Part shown: positions 40,391 to 53,129 of the stretch, in pieces
Layout of the letters: each line of letters begins with the position of its first letter
How positions within the stretch are numbered: the first letter of the stretch is position 1
Assembly (NCBI RefSeq): GCF_963921235.1
Contig: NC_086097.1
Coordinates: 47,990,001-48,054,000, forward strand
Reading direction: 5' to 3'
DNA: 64,000 nucleotides
Source of the DNA: Mobula hypostoma
Lineage: Eukaryota
The notes under the pieces: generated by a model
What the model was told of the DNA's origin: nothing
Databases searched by the model: none
Seen by the model: only the letters and a program-made list of their open reading frames with translations
Translations under genes and position numbers: made by a program

Positions 40391-41114
40391 GCTCTTATGT
40401 TTGGGATATGATCAGGAAGAGTGAAGGTGGAGAAACTAATTTGCACTTAAAAGGTAGAGCTGTAGTGAAGTGCTCGGAGAAGTCTAGGACAAGGACAAAG
40501 ATATTACTATATAAGGACATGAGATATTTATGGGCATCGATGGGGCTAAAGAAAGCTGTAACATTTACATCCTTCTTATTAATGGATATAGAATAGGTTG
40601 GTGTGATATTTGGTCTGAATATGCTTAAGATGTATGATACTTTCTCCTTTGAGATGAAAACCTTTTATTCACTCATAGGATGTCATTGTTGCCGACAAGT
40701 TGCGAGTTGAGCTATTCGACTACCTTGGAGAAGGTGTGGGTGAGCAGCCTGCTTGAACTACTGAGGTTTCCCACTGTGCTCTTGGGGAAAGGAGTTCCAG
40801 GGTGTTGGCTTAATAGATGCAGTTTACTGGAAGTACAGCAGCATGAAGACCTTCAGTTATGCAGAGAGGCTGGAGAAGGCAGGAAAGAAAAGAAATGGAA
40901 GATTTAATAGAACTATGTTATGAGGGGTTTTGATGGTGTAAATAAAGAGGAACTATTCTACAGAAGCCAAATTAATAATCAAATGGAAAGAATATTTCCC
41001 CATTTCTTTTCTGAAGGATGATGTAGAGATCTAGAAGGCCGGATCTGAAGGTCATTGAACAGAACTCAATTTATACTTCTACAGGTTATTTCTATGTCAA
41101 CCCTGGTCTCACCC

Positions 41115-44100
41115 TGTTGTGTATTTAATACTTTGGTAATATTTGAGTAATCTTGTTGATTAAGCATTCTGGTTTGTACAATTCACTACAGGTTATATGT
41201 AAAAATACATGAATTGCATAAACCATGATGCTACCCCATGCCTCGCTTAAAGCAATGAAGGAATGAAGACTCGCAAACAAGAGAAAATCTGCTGGTGTTG
41301 AAAATCCAAACAACACACACAAAGTGCTGGAGGAAATCAGCAGGCCAGGCAGCACCTATGGAAAAGAGTACAATCGACTTTTCGGGCCAAGACCCTTCAT
41401 CAGGACTTACATCATTTTGGACTCCCTTGCTTTTCTTCCAATTAGTTTAATGCTTTGAAGTTATAAAACGTAACAGTGGCAATGAGATATTTTTACAATA
41501 AACCTGAGATGGCCATCGACCTATTGAAGTGCAGCGAGGAATGGTCGAGAAAAAAATGCACAACACAGCATGTGTAGAGAGGGTTGAGTTAAAGAAAAAG
41601 CAGAAATGTCTGGCTACATCAGAAAGATAGGCATCTTCGATTGCTCAATGGATACTTACTCACATATACTGAACAAATTGTACAGTATTTTAAACCAAAT
41701 GAAATAGCCAATAAGAAACAAGTACCAATTTTTGCTTAGTGCTTGGGTTGAAAGGCATACAGTTTGCTTTAGAGTTTGACTGCTCCAACATAACCAGCAG
41801 AAATGTGCTTTGCAGATGTCATGAAAGTAATGCAGGAACATGTAGAACTGAAACCATTGTTGATTGCAGAACGCTTTAGGTTTCATAAGTGGAATCAGAA
41901 GGAAGGGGCATCCATTTCAGTGTATGTGGCTGAATTGAAGAAATTGTCTGAGCATTGTTAGTTCAGTGATGAACTTAATGATGCACTGAGAGATTGTTTA
42001 GTTTGTGGAATCCTACAAGAAAGCATTCAAGATGGGTCCTAACTGAAGCGCAGCTCACATTTAAAACAGCAGTTGAAATTGCTGTATCAATGGAAACAGC
42101 AAACAGAAATGCAATCGAGTTGCAGTTAGGAATGAAATTGAGTGTGAACAAAATTTGCAATGAATAAACAGAAACCTGCCTAGCCATACAAATTGTGTTA
42201 CCATTGTGCAGGGCTCACATTCACCAGTCCAATGTAGGTTTAAGGATGAAATTTGCAGAAAATACAACAAAGTAGGTCATATACAAAGAACATGTCAGGC
42301 AGGCAAAAATAAATGGACTCACATAGACGATACAAAGATAAAAAAGTCAAGTTGCAGTTTCTAAAAGAGCACTAACCTGCAAGCTGTTGATGAAAAATCT
42401 GATAATGATGCGAGTGATACAAGACCATGTAGCCTTAAGATTTACAATGTGAAAACTAATAACAGACAAGCAATATAGTTTACACCAGAATGAATTGGAC
42501 ACTGGCTTGACTCTTTCAGTCCTTTCACAAAATGAGTTTGGACATCATTTAAAAGATACTAAATTGAAGCCTGCAGATATCCAACTGAGAACCTATAGTG
42601 GAAAAAAAATAACTCCTTTGGGAATGACGTTTGTAACAGTGAAATACAATAACCAACAAACCACATTGGGCTTTTATGTGGTAAAAATAGGAGGGCCAAC
42701 ATTGTGATGATATGAGTAGCTGAGACAACTGCAATATGATTGGAGATCCATCTACAATTTGCATGCCACATCTCTGGCAATAAAGACAACTGAAAGCAGA
42801 TTAAGAAAGGTACTGGATGATGGCATGGCAGTATTCAACCATCGTTTTGGAAAACTCAAACATATCAAAGGTAAAAGAGTGTGAATTCTTTCAACCAAGT
42901 ACCACTTACCTTTGATGCACAAGAATTACATAAGTGTGCTGAGAAAATTCAGGCGGTGGTGGATTGCCCCAACACCAAAGGACATATCACAGTTGCTGTT
43001 CTTTTTAGAATTTGTCAATTACCATAACAGGTTCCTGCCAAACCTGGCTACTGCACTCCACCCCTTGCATGCATTACTACAGATCAGGATGAAATGGCAA
43101 TGGACGATGCAATGTGAGATGGCTTTCCAAAAAGCAAAGGAAATGGTGATGTCAGACACTGTACTCAAACATTATGATCCACATTGTCCAGTGAAGCTTG
43201 CCTGCGATGCCTCAGCTGATGGTATAAGCACAGTCAGGTCAGATGTTATGAGTGATGGAAATGAATGCCCCACGGCCTTTGCATCGTGTTTCCTTACCAC
43301 TGCTGAGAAAAATTATGTATGAGTTGACAAAGAGGCATTGGGTCTGGTGTCCATTTTCAATCCACAGATGGGCTCTGTTTCTTGGAGGACATAATTACAA
43401 GATTTAATTCAAGGGGATGACTAATCATGGAAATGCTGTTTACCCTGGAAAAAGAAATATCAAAAAATTTTACAAAAAAGTTAACTCCTCTTGATGTATT
43501 CTTCCTACTACAAATTGAAAGTCTCCATATTATGGCAGAGATGATGCAAAGGGAAAGCAGACAAGACCCCCCACTGCCTCAGGTCTACATGGCCACCCAA
43601 AGTGCCAGTTCTCCTATTTTTACCAGCATGAAAGCAAGGGATGTGCCCTTGATGGAGTCGCCATACATGGAGATTGAGGTTGTACCATCCAAGCTGAGAG
43701 CTAAAGTGTTGGTGGAGCTACATGCTGATCATCTAGGGGTGGTAAAAATAAAAGCAATGGCTCAAAGCTTTATCTGGTGGCCTGGGACAGATCAGCAATC
43801 GAGCAGCTTGCCATGCACTGTTCGGGATGCCACCATGTCCAGAAGATGCCAAGAACAGTGCCTCTCTATCCCCGGGAGTGGCCTGCAGAAGATTCGTGTG
43901 GATTTTCCCAGAACATTCGTGGGCACAGCTTTCCTTGTAGTAGTGGATGCAGCTACAAAGTGGCCAGAAGTGATCCCAATAGCATCCCACTACAGCCTCG
44001 CTCACTGTTCATGTGTTGAGAAGCCTCTTCACAAGGACTGGTGTTCCAGTACACTTAGTCAGTGACAATGGACCCCAGTTCATTGTGGAACAGTTTCACT

Positions 44101-45050
44101 CATTCCTGAAAATGAATGGAATAAGACATTGCATTACATCTGCACGATACCACCCAACTATAAAAGGCTTGGCAAAAAGTTTTGTCCAGAGTCTAGAGAA
44201 CACACTGCAAACCATGTCAGGGGAACACACTACATGATCACTGAATTAGAAGTTCTCCCATTTCCTTTTTGCATATCGCAATGCAGCACACTGCACAACC
44301 AACAATTCACCAGCTCTGTTGTTTCTGGGCCATCCCTTGCACCCACGCGTGGATCTCCTCAAACCTAATCTCAGGAAGAGTATGCAGGACAAATAGCTGA
44401 GGCAAATTGAAGACTACTCACACAAAGAGGTTCAATGTTTCACTCCTGCTGAGGGACTATAAAGGTGATCAAAAGATGGTACTGGGAAGGGGTTAAGGAC
44501 AGAACTGGACCAGTCCCCTACTCAGTGGAGATTGTGCCTGATATCATCTGGAGATGACACATTGATCATTTGAGGAGTCAATTGTTAGAGATGGAAGGTG
44601 GCTGCCACTGTCAGAACCACTTCCTGCAGTCTCAGAGCCAATTCCTACAATTACTACGGAGGAGGCCCCAGAACCTGAGATTGTTTCACAGCCACGAGTC
44701 TCACCTGCCAAGCATAGTGATCCCCCTTGTCAGGAAAGGCATTATCCAACAAGAGTAAGAAGTCCTCCACAGTGAATTAATCTTCAGGCTTGAATGGGAC
44801 AATTTAAAATTTACTATGCTGTGGATGTCTGCATATAGTAGCTGTATTATATAGTATGCTGTGCATATAGTTGAGACGTGGTCTCTATTGAGTTGGAGTT
44901 TATAGCTAAGCATAGGAGTTGTGTATATAATATTTCAATAATATTTGAGCAATCATGTAAATATTTTGTTGATTAAGCATTCTTGTTTATTAATTCACTA
45001 CGTTAAATGTAACAATATGTGGCATATGGTTATGTAATATAAACATAACA
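41115..45050 (+). mobile_element. Gypsy/Ty3 LTR retrotransposon with both ends, decayed gag-pol and RT largely deleted
   Basis: 5' LTR 41115-41475 (TG...TAACA) and internally deleted 3' LTR about 44918-45050 share sequence. 5-bp TSD CACCC at 41110-41114 and 45051-45055. PBS-like TGGC after the 5' LTR. Gag IAERFRFHK..Q, protease LDTG (42495), RNase H LACDAS (~43197), integrase VVVDAATKWPEV and VSDNGPQF. Confidence 0.9.
41270..41408 (-). mobile_element. Penelope-like terminus inserted in the Gypsy 5' LTR
   Basis: Family terminus sequence; absent from the 3' LTR. Confidence 0.65.
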
Positions 45051-47848
45051 CACCCTATCAGAGATATCTCCTTTGTCTTATCCATCCCTCTGCCAATCTC
45101 TCTCTGCAAATTACAGCTGTTTTTCCTATTTCCAGATTCTGATAAAAGTCCTTTGACCTGAGATGTTAACATTTCTTCTCTTTCCACAGATGCTGTCAGA
45201 CTGTTTCAAGCTTTGCTGTTTTCTGTTTGATATTTAATGTTAGAAGTTTGAAATAATGAGGCTAGCAAGGGGAAAGGAGGTGATGGCACACTCGCTCCCT
45301 TATCTCAGAATGTGGGTGATGCTGAGAAAGTGCTGAAGTTTCTGGGACACAATTCTTTATGTTATTTGAATTAATTTGACTATTCAGTAATGGCACACAG
45401 AGTAATACAATGCAGGAGGAGGCCACGTGCACATTCTACCTGCTTAAAATACTATAGTTTAGTTTCACTTCCCTGCACTTTCCTCATAACCCTGCAAATT
45501 TTCTCTTTGACATATTTATATACTTCCTTTCTGAAAGTCAGTATTGAATCTGCTTCTGTTGTTCCAGCCAGTGCTTTCCAGATCCCCCCAGGTCACTGAA
45601 GTGGAAGGTCGATCCCACCTTCCCATGATCCTATCCTTGTGCCAATGATCGCAACAAAATAACTGAACTCTCATTTTACTTGCTTTAACTGTTCATCTGC
45701 ATGAGCCGACAAGTTAATTATCACTGTGGCACTTCCCCTTCATGGAACCACATCTCAGTGCACTTCTCCATCAAAAGCCACACTAAAAATTCACCTTTTA
45801 AACCTTTCTTGTTGCTCTGGATTACCACTGAGATTCTTCCCCACCTCTGTGCAAAATTTTCAGAACTTTATAGTCAAGATATTTGTGACAAATTACAAAT
45901 ACATTCAGCCGCCAGGTAATTCAACTCAGGCAACGAGCTCATCCCAACAAAGTATTCCACTGTCACCTAACACAAGGTAATATAGGACACCTGATCTTTA
46001 TGAGTTTAATGGGGTGTACATATGCGTGCAATGTCTTTCTATATTCACATGGTAAAATATTCTTAAATGGTATGACTAAGATGAATGGACTTTAGTGCTT
46101 TGCTCCTGCTTACACGGTAGAAACAAAGGCCATGTTCATTAGTCAATGCATATGGGAAAAATGTACTTATGAGTGATCACACTGTCCTTATATACCAGAT
46201 CCATTCTCACATTAACTGGAAATACAATATAATGAACAACAGCTTCTAGCTTGAGCTAATAACACAGCTTATCTGTTTTGCCTGTGCAATTTTAGTGAAT
46301 TGTAATTTGAATTTTCTCTGTCTAATTATCATGCCTTGTGTTGAGATGGCCTCTAAAAATTCCTGGTTACTTTTTTTTGTTTCAGAAAATAAATGATGAT
46401 GTTCAGGAGCAATCCTGTAGAAAAAGAACAATTTAAAATTCACACCTTAAAAGCAAGGAATAATCGCAAGACATTTAGTTGCACTTAAACTGAGGGAGAT
46501 TTGAAATCTAAAAGTAGACCATTAAATGTATTGCTTCTGGTTGTTTTTGGTAATCTTGTAGTAACAGTTATTTTCCCACATCTCCATTTGCCAGCTGATG
46601 TATATTGTATTTTCCCTTAGTGCCTTTTAATTTTCATTGCTAAGGATGCATTGTTTACCCTTCTGCATATAATTCATTGCTCTGTAGAGATGTGTGCTCT
46701 GCTGCTGATGGCTAGGCAACACTTCATCCATTACACTCTTTATGGCGTACGGCAAGTTTTCAGATGGCACTTCTGCTCATCTGGTACTCCTGAATCTCAC
46801 CACCCAGGTCCCAAAAACCTTTCTTGAAGCTGCAGCTCTTACCTCAGCAAGGTTAGAAGCCAGAACAACCAGCACTAAATCATAAGAAAACAATTTGTTT
46901 TGCTTAATCATAAACCATGGAACATTATTTCAATGAAGCAATGACTGCTTAAGGAATCTCTGCTCGCAAAGAAAATTCAGTTCAAAGTCATTTGCATTCT
47001 GAAATTATAAATATGGTTGTAAAACAACTATTTATAGTCCTACAATTTTATGATTTATTGCAGGACAATGAGGAGCTTTCATTCCACTCTGTTGCCGGCA
47101 GATCGCCTTGGATACAGTAGTCATGAGTGGTGATTTCCAACAAGTTTACTTTTTCACACATCATAAAGCTGAAGAAATAGAGTTCCAAATTACCTTTGGT
47201 GTTTTTACTTTTATAAGAAAAAAAGTATATTGGAACATTAAACATTACACAGAGGATAAAAGAGAAGTAGATAGTTTTACCACAGCTTGGACCACTGCCA
47301 CCGTCTTTGCCCAGCTCTGCCCAGTTCTATCAGTCTGCCAGCTAGCTTGGTCTCTACTTCTTATTCATTTGTTCCATGATTGGAGTCAAAATCTATCAAT
47401 AAAGAAGTCAGAACTTTTTTTTTTTATTTTGCCTTAGAAACTTGTTAAAGTACCAGGGGCAGTAATGTGTTATGAAGCAAACAATTTTCTATTCTACTTT
47501 AAAACAAAACAAGAAGAAAAATTAATGGAGAGGTTGCAAACTCAGAATGTTGCATCTGTTAGCTTATAGGTAAGCACCTAAGCATAAAGAGTGATGTATT
47601 GTCCCAATTTTTATCAGGTGGAATAGGTTTCACAAGTAGCTTTCGACAAGTATAAAATGGCGGCATAATTTCCTTCAGACAATTATAAAGGTCAGGAGGA
47701 TATTAGGTGGATAACCTGTGCTATTTTTGTACATATTCCAGTTGAACCAATGTGTTTTGGTAGCCCTGAGATATGCTTTACCCATTTCATTTATCCTTTG
47801 TACTAAGTGTACCAACTTTCTGACAACAAATCAGGTTATTGCATATAA

Positions 47849-48218
47849 TGCAAACAACAGGAATTCTGCAGATGCTGGAAATTCAAGCAACACACATCAA
47901 AGTTGCTGGTGAACGCAGCAGGCCAGGCAGCATCTATAGGAAGAGGCGCAGTCGACGTTTCAGGCCGAGACCCTTCGTCAGGACTAACTGAAGGAAGAGT
48001 TTGTAAGGGATTTGAAAGCTGGAGGGGGAGGGGGAGATGCAAAATGATAGGAGAAGACAGGAGGGGGAGGGATGGAGCCAAGAGCTGGACAGGTGATTGG
48101 CAAAAGGGGGTACGAGAGGATCATGGGACAGGAGGTCCGGGAAGAAAGACAAGGGGGGGGGGACCCAGAGGATGGGAAAGAGGTATATTCAGAGGGACAG
48201 AGGGATAAAAAGGAGAGT
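47849..48218 (-). mobile_element. Penelope-like terminus and 3' region (well-preserved copy)
   Basis: Closely similar to 9001-9320 and 59331-59740; intact CTGACGA...GAAACGTC motif on the minus strand at 47950-47985. Confidence 0.75.
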
Positions 48219-48272
48219 TTTGGTCACCAACTGTACTCGTGTCTGTATTTTTGTGTTTCGGTAGCTTCCTCA

Positions 48273-51200
48273 AGTCATAGCCATAGTCATAGTCATAGTC
48301 ATACTTTATTGATCCCGGGAGAAATTGGTTTTCGTTGCAGTTGCACCATAAATAATAAATAGTAATAAAACCATAAATAGTTAAATAGTAACATGTAAAT
48401 TATGCCAGGAAATTATGAAATAAGTCTAGGACCAGCCTATTGGCTCAGGGTGTCTCACCCTCCAAGGGAGGAGTTGTAAAGTTTGATGGCCACAGGCAGG
48501 AATGACTTCCTGTGATGCTCAGTACTGCATCTCGGTGGAATGAGCCTCTGGCTGAATGTACTCCTGTGCCCAACCAATACATTATGTAGTGGATGGGAGA
48601 CATTGTCCAAAATGGCATGCAACTTAGACAGCATCCTCTTTTCAGACACCACCGTGAGAGAGTCCAGTTCCATCCCCACAACATCACTGGCCTTACGAAT
48701 GAGTTTGTTGATTCTGTTGGTGTCTGTTACCGTCAGCCTGCTGCCCCAGCACACAACAGCAAACATGATAGCACTGGCCACCACAGACTCGCAGAACACC
48801 CTCAGCATCGTCCGGCAGATGTTAAAGGACCTCAGTCTCCTCAGGAAATAGAGACGGCTCTGACCCTTCTTGTAGACAGCCTCAGTGTTCTTTGACCAGT
48901 CCAGTTTATTGTCAATTCGTATCCCCAGGTATTTGTAATCCTCCACCATGTCCACACTGACCCCCTGGATGGAAACAGGGGTCACCGGTACCTTAGCTCT
49001 CCTCAGGCCTACCACCAGCTCCTTAGTCTTTTTCACATTAAGCTGCAGATAATTCTGCTCACACCATGTGACAAAGTTTCCTACCGTAGCCCTGTACTCA
49101 GCCTCATCTCCCTTGCTGATGCATCCAACTATGGCAGAGTCATCCGAAAACTTCTGAAGATGGCAAGACTCTGTGCAGTAGTTGAAGTCCGAGGTGTAAA
49201 TGGTGAAGAGAAAGGGAGACAAGACAGTCCCCTGTGGAGCCCCAGTGCTGCTGATCACTCTGTCGGACACACAGTGTTGCAAGCACATGTACTGTGGTCT
49301 GCCAGTCAGGTAATCAAGAATCCATGATACCAGGGAAGCATCCACCTGCATCGCTGTCAGCTTCTCCCCCAGCAGAGCAGGGCGGATGGTGTTGAACGCA
49401 CTGGAGAAGTCAAAAAACATGACCCTCACAGTGCTCGCTGGCTTGTCCAGGTGGGCGTAGACACAGTTCAGCAGGAAGACGATGACATCCTCAACTCCTA
49501 GTCGGGGCTGGTAGGCGAACTGGAGGGGATCTAAGTGTGGCCTGACCATAGGCCGGAGCAGCTCCAGAACAAGTCTCTCCAGGGTCTTCATGATGTGGGA
49601 GGTCAATGCCACTGGTCTGTAGTCATTGAGGCCGCTGGGGCACGGCATCTTCGGCACAGGAACGCGGCAGGACGTCTTCCACAGTACAGGAACCCTCCGG
49701 CTTTGAGCACCCTGGTACTGACACCATCCGGTCCTGCAGCTTTGCTTGGGTTGAGACATTTCAGCTGTCTTCTCACCTGTTCAGCTGTGAAGCCCACTGT
49801 GGTGGTTTCGTGTGGGGAAGGGGTATAGTCATGAGAGCACGGTGGGAGACTGTGAGGAGGGGTAGGAGGGGAGAGTGGAATATGTGTTGGTTGGGGGCCA
49901 ACAACAGATGGCTCATGTGGGGGATGGGCAGGGGCCACAATGTCAAATCTGTTAAAGAACAGGTTAAGTTCATTGGCCCTGTCCACACTGCCTTCAGCTC
50001 CTCTGTTGCTAGTTTGCCGGAACCCAGTGATGGTCCTCATCCCCCTCCAGACCTCTCTCATGTTGTTCTGCTGGAGTTTCCACTCAAGCTTCCTCCTGTA
50101 CCTGTCTTAAGCCTCCCTGATCCTGGCTTTCAGGTTCCTCTGTATTGCCCTCAGCTCCTCCCTATTTCCATCTCTAAACGCCCTCTTTTTAGCATTCAGG
50201 ATGTCCTTAATGTCCTTTGTCACCCATGGCTTGTTATCTGAATAACAAAGGACAGTTCTTGTCGGAACATTGCAGTCCACACAGAAGCTGATGTAATCAG
50301 AGATGCACTCTGTGAGCCCATCAATATCCTCTCCATGTGGCTCACAGAGTGCCTGCCAATCTGTCACCTCTAAACAACCCTGGAGCACCTCATAAGCCTC
50401 CTCCGACCATTTCCTCACTGTCCTCGAGGTTGCAGGTTTACTCTTCAGCAGGGGCACGTAGCAGGGTTTTAGATGCACCAGGTTCTGATCAGACCTTCCC
50501 AATGGGGGGAGGGAAGAGGAGCTGTATGCATCCTTAACGTTAGCGTACATCAAATCCAGAGCCCTCTCCCCTCTGGTTGTACAGCTCACATACTGCGTGA
50601 AGTTGGGCAGTGTTCTAGCCATGGTAACATGGTTGAAGTCACCCGAGATGGTAATGAGGGCACTCGGGTGCTGGGTTTGTAATCTGGCTATGACAGTGTA
50701 AATGATGTTACACGCCGATGCTGGGTTGGCAGAGGGAGGGATGTACACAACAACCACAGTTGCATGCGAGATTTCCCTTGGCAAATAATATGGCCGGAGT
50801 CCAACAGCAAAAAGTTCAATATCCGGGCTACAAACGCGTTCCTTGATCGTAATGTGCCCAGGATTGCACCATCTGTTGTTTACCAGAACCGCAAGCCCCC
50901 CTCCTTTACGCTTACCGCTCTCAGTGCAATTCCGGTCAGCTCGAACGGTCTGGAAGCCCTCTATGGAAACGCTTTGATCGGGTATGTCCTCGTGCAGCCA
51001 CGTCTCAGTGAAGCTCTCGGAAACCTTTTATACGACATTTTCATGTAATCTGACCTTTCTGAATCTTTTTTCTAAACTTCAATTATATGATGAGAGGAGC
51101 GGAGTTAACGACATTATTGAACGTGTCTGATACAAGCTGTTGGTCTAGCCCTGTTTTGCTTTTTTTGGGTTTTTTTTTCTTTTTTTCTTTTGGGGTTTTT

Positions 51201-51810
51201 TTTGTTTATATATTTTTTTTCTTTTTATTTCTTTTTTTAATGATTAATTTCATTATGAGTTTGGAAGTCTTTTATATCTATGTTACTTAAAATTCATTTT
51301 ATATATGCGGATGAACATTATTCCAATCTCTTTGTACTAACTTTGTTATTGAGTTTACAATTTTGAAAAATTAATAAAAAGATTTAAAAAGAAAAGAAAG
51401 ACACTGCTCTCCTGAAATGTTCCCTGACAAGTGCCGTCAGTTCATCCATTTTATTCTCCAGCGATCTCACATCTCCCATGATCAGAGAGGGGAGACACGG
51501 CTTATAACTTCTCTTCTCCATAAGCCTCTGTTGTCTCGACCCGGCCCTCTTCCCTCGCCTTTTTGATCCCCCTCTGCATCCTCTGTGTATTTTCCTCCAG
51601 ATTTCAGCCGGGATGTCCGCTGCTCTGTTCGCTAAACCGGCGGGCATGAGCGCAATCAGTTGGTCCCTGGAATAAACAATGCGACCATCCTGCTGCCATG
51701 CTAACGAGACGTGTCCAAATGTAACTATTTCCAGCGCTAAAAAAAACAAGTAAAACTCTCTCCACCAGCATGTTAGAGAGGGTGCAGCTTCAACGTGTTA
51801 CCGTGAGAAA
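48273..51810 (-). mobile_element. Near full-length Rex1/Babar LINE (APE and RT) with (TATGAC)n tail
   Basis: N-terminus IVYSRDQLIAL...RGCRGG...LPSLIMGDVRSLENKMDEL; APE FTETWL, VYIPPS, GDFNH. 434-aa ORF with NDYRPVALTS, LDPLQFAY, FFDFSSAFNTI, GAPQGTVLSPFLF, KFSDDS. AATAAA plus microsatellite tail at about 48273-48310. Confidence 0.92.
51013..51400 (+). mobile_element. Insertion in the Rex1 APE domain; probable L1/Tx1-type 3' end
   Basis: Splits the Rex1 frame just before FTETWL. Begins KPFIRHFHVI*, then a T-rich UTR, AATAAA (~51373) and an A-rich tail. Confidence 0.5.
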
Positions 51811-52951
51811 CAAATACAAGTGAAAAAAATAAAGTGAAGAATAGGCAACACATTAATCCCTTTTTTCAATGTTTCAATATCAGAATGAAAGCCTTAGTAT
51901 TTTATAAAAAAATAATCTTGTTAATCTTAAGATTAACCAAGATTTTAATGAATGGCAGAAGAATCTAGGAGGACTGATGACTTTCCCCGCTCCTATTTCT
52001 TAAGTTTTATTTTTCTTGCATGTTATTCATGAAATAAGGTTCAATTGATGTTAATATTCGAAAGACTGTTCTCCTCCAACATTAATTTTTAATCATATAT
52101 CTGACTACTTGGGTCAAACTAAAAAGCAATTGTTTCCATTTTCTTCCATCTAAGTAAGATCTGATTACAAATCGTTTCCCTTTTCTTATTTCCCTTTAAT
52201 GAAAAGTAGCTATTTCAGATCTGAATATATTGAATCTATCTATGAGAAGCAATGAATCTTTGCAAATCACGAATAGAATTCATGACTGGTTTGAAAAAAG
52301 ACATTGGCCTAAGAGATTAACTCTATGTTTCTCCCTGTTTCCATGTCACCTGCCTTTAATGATTCCAACACTACATGTTTCATTAAGGTTTCTAGAAACC
52401 ATACCACAATGCTTTTTGTTTTGGAGAGATTTTTTTCCCTTTTGAATTTGATATCCTCAGAAGGGGTGGTTCTATTGTAAATGAGTCATTGCTCATTCAA
52501 AGAAATAATAACTCATTATTTCAGAATCAGAAGACAATCCACAGTAGACGTGATACAGATGAAAATCTGCTGCATGACTCTGAGAAGCTCCAAACCACAA
52601 TAACAGTTGACTATAAGTTGTGTTACTGTTTGACAAGGATAATTATTTGCATAATTGCAACCAAATATATTAAAATATTTGTCTTTCTTCTTTGCAGGCT
52701 TGACTAAGCCTTAGTGTTAGTAGCAACATTCACTTGATAATTCCTTTTGCCTTCTATGACTGTGATTGTTCCAAATTCCCCTTCCATGTTTGTCATTTAT
52801 CTTGCTGGTTAGTACTTACATAGGTTTCAAGCAACTTGCCAAACTTACCCAACAGTAATAATATACTTCCACAGGCTGTGGCTGGAATGATTTTTGGAAC
52901 ATGCAAATATGACCTAAGAATTAAATTCACCTGACATCCGCTCCAGAAGTC

Positions 52952-53104
52952 TTTCTCAATCATTTCTGATACCTCCCTCCCCTTTCTCAATCATTCCTGA
53001 CACCTCTCTCCCCTTTATCAATCATTTCTGACACCTCCCTCCCCTTTCTCAATCATTTCTGACACCTCTCTCCCCTCTCTCAATCATTTCTGACACCTCT
53101 CTCC
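52952..53104. repeat. Minisatellite, about 5 copies of a 31-bp unit TTTCTCAATCATTTCTGACACCTC(T/C)CTCCCC
   Basis: Directly visible tandem units. Confidence 0.9.
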
Positions 53105-53129
53105 TTACTTGATCTCTCTGTCTCCATCT

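Noticed and set aside
52952..53104. CRISPR-like array
   Set aside because: Head-to-tail tandem units with no unique spacers; eukaryotic context.
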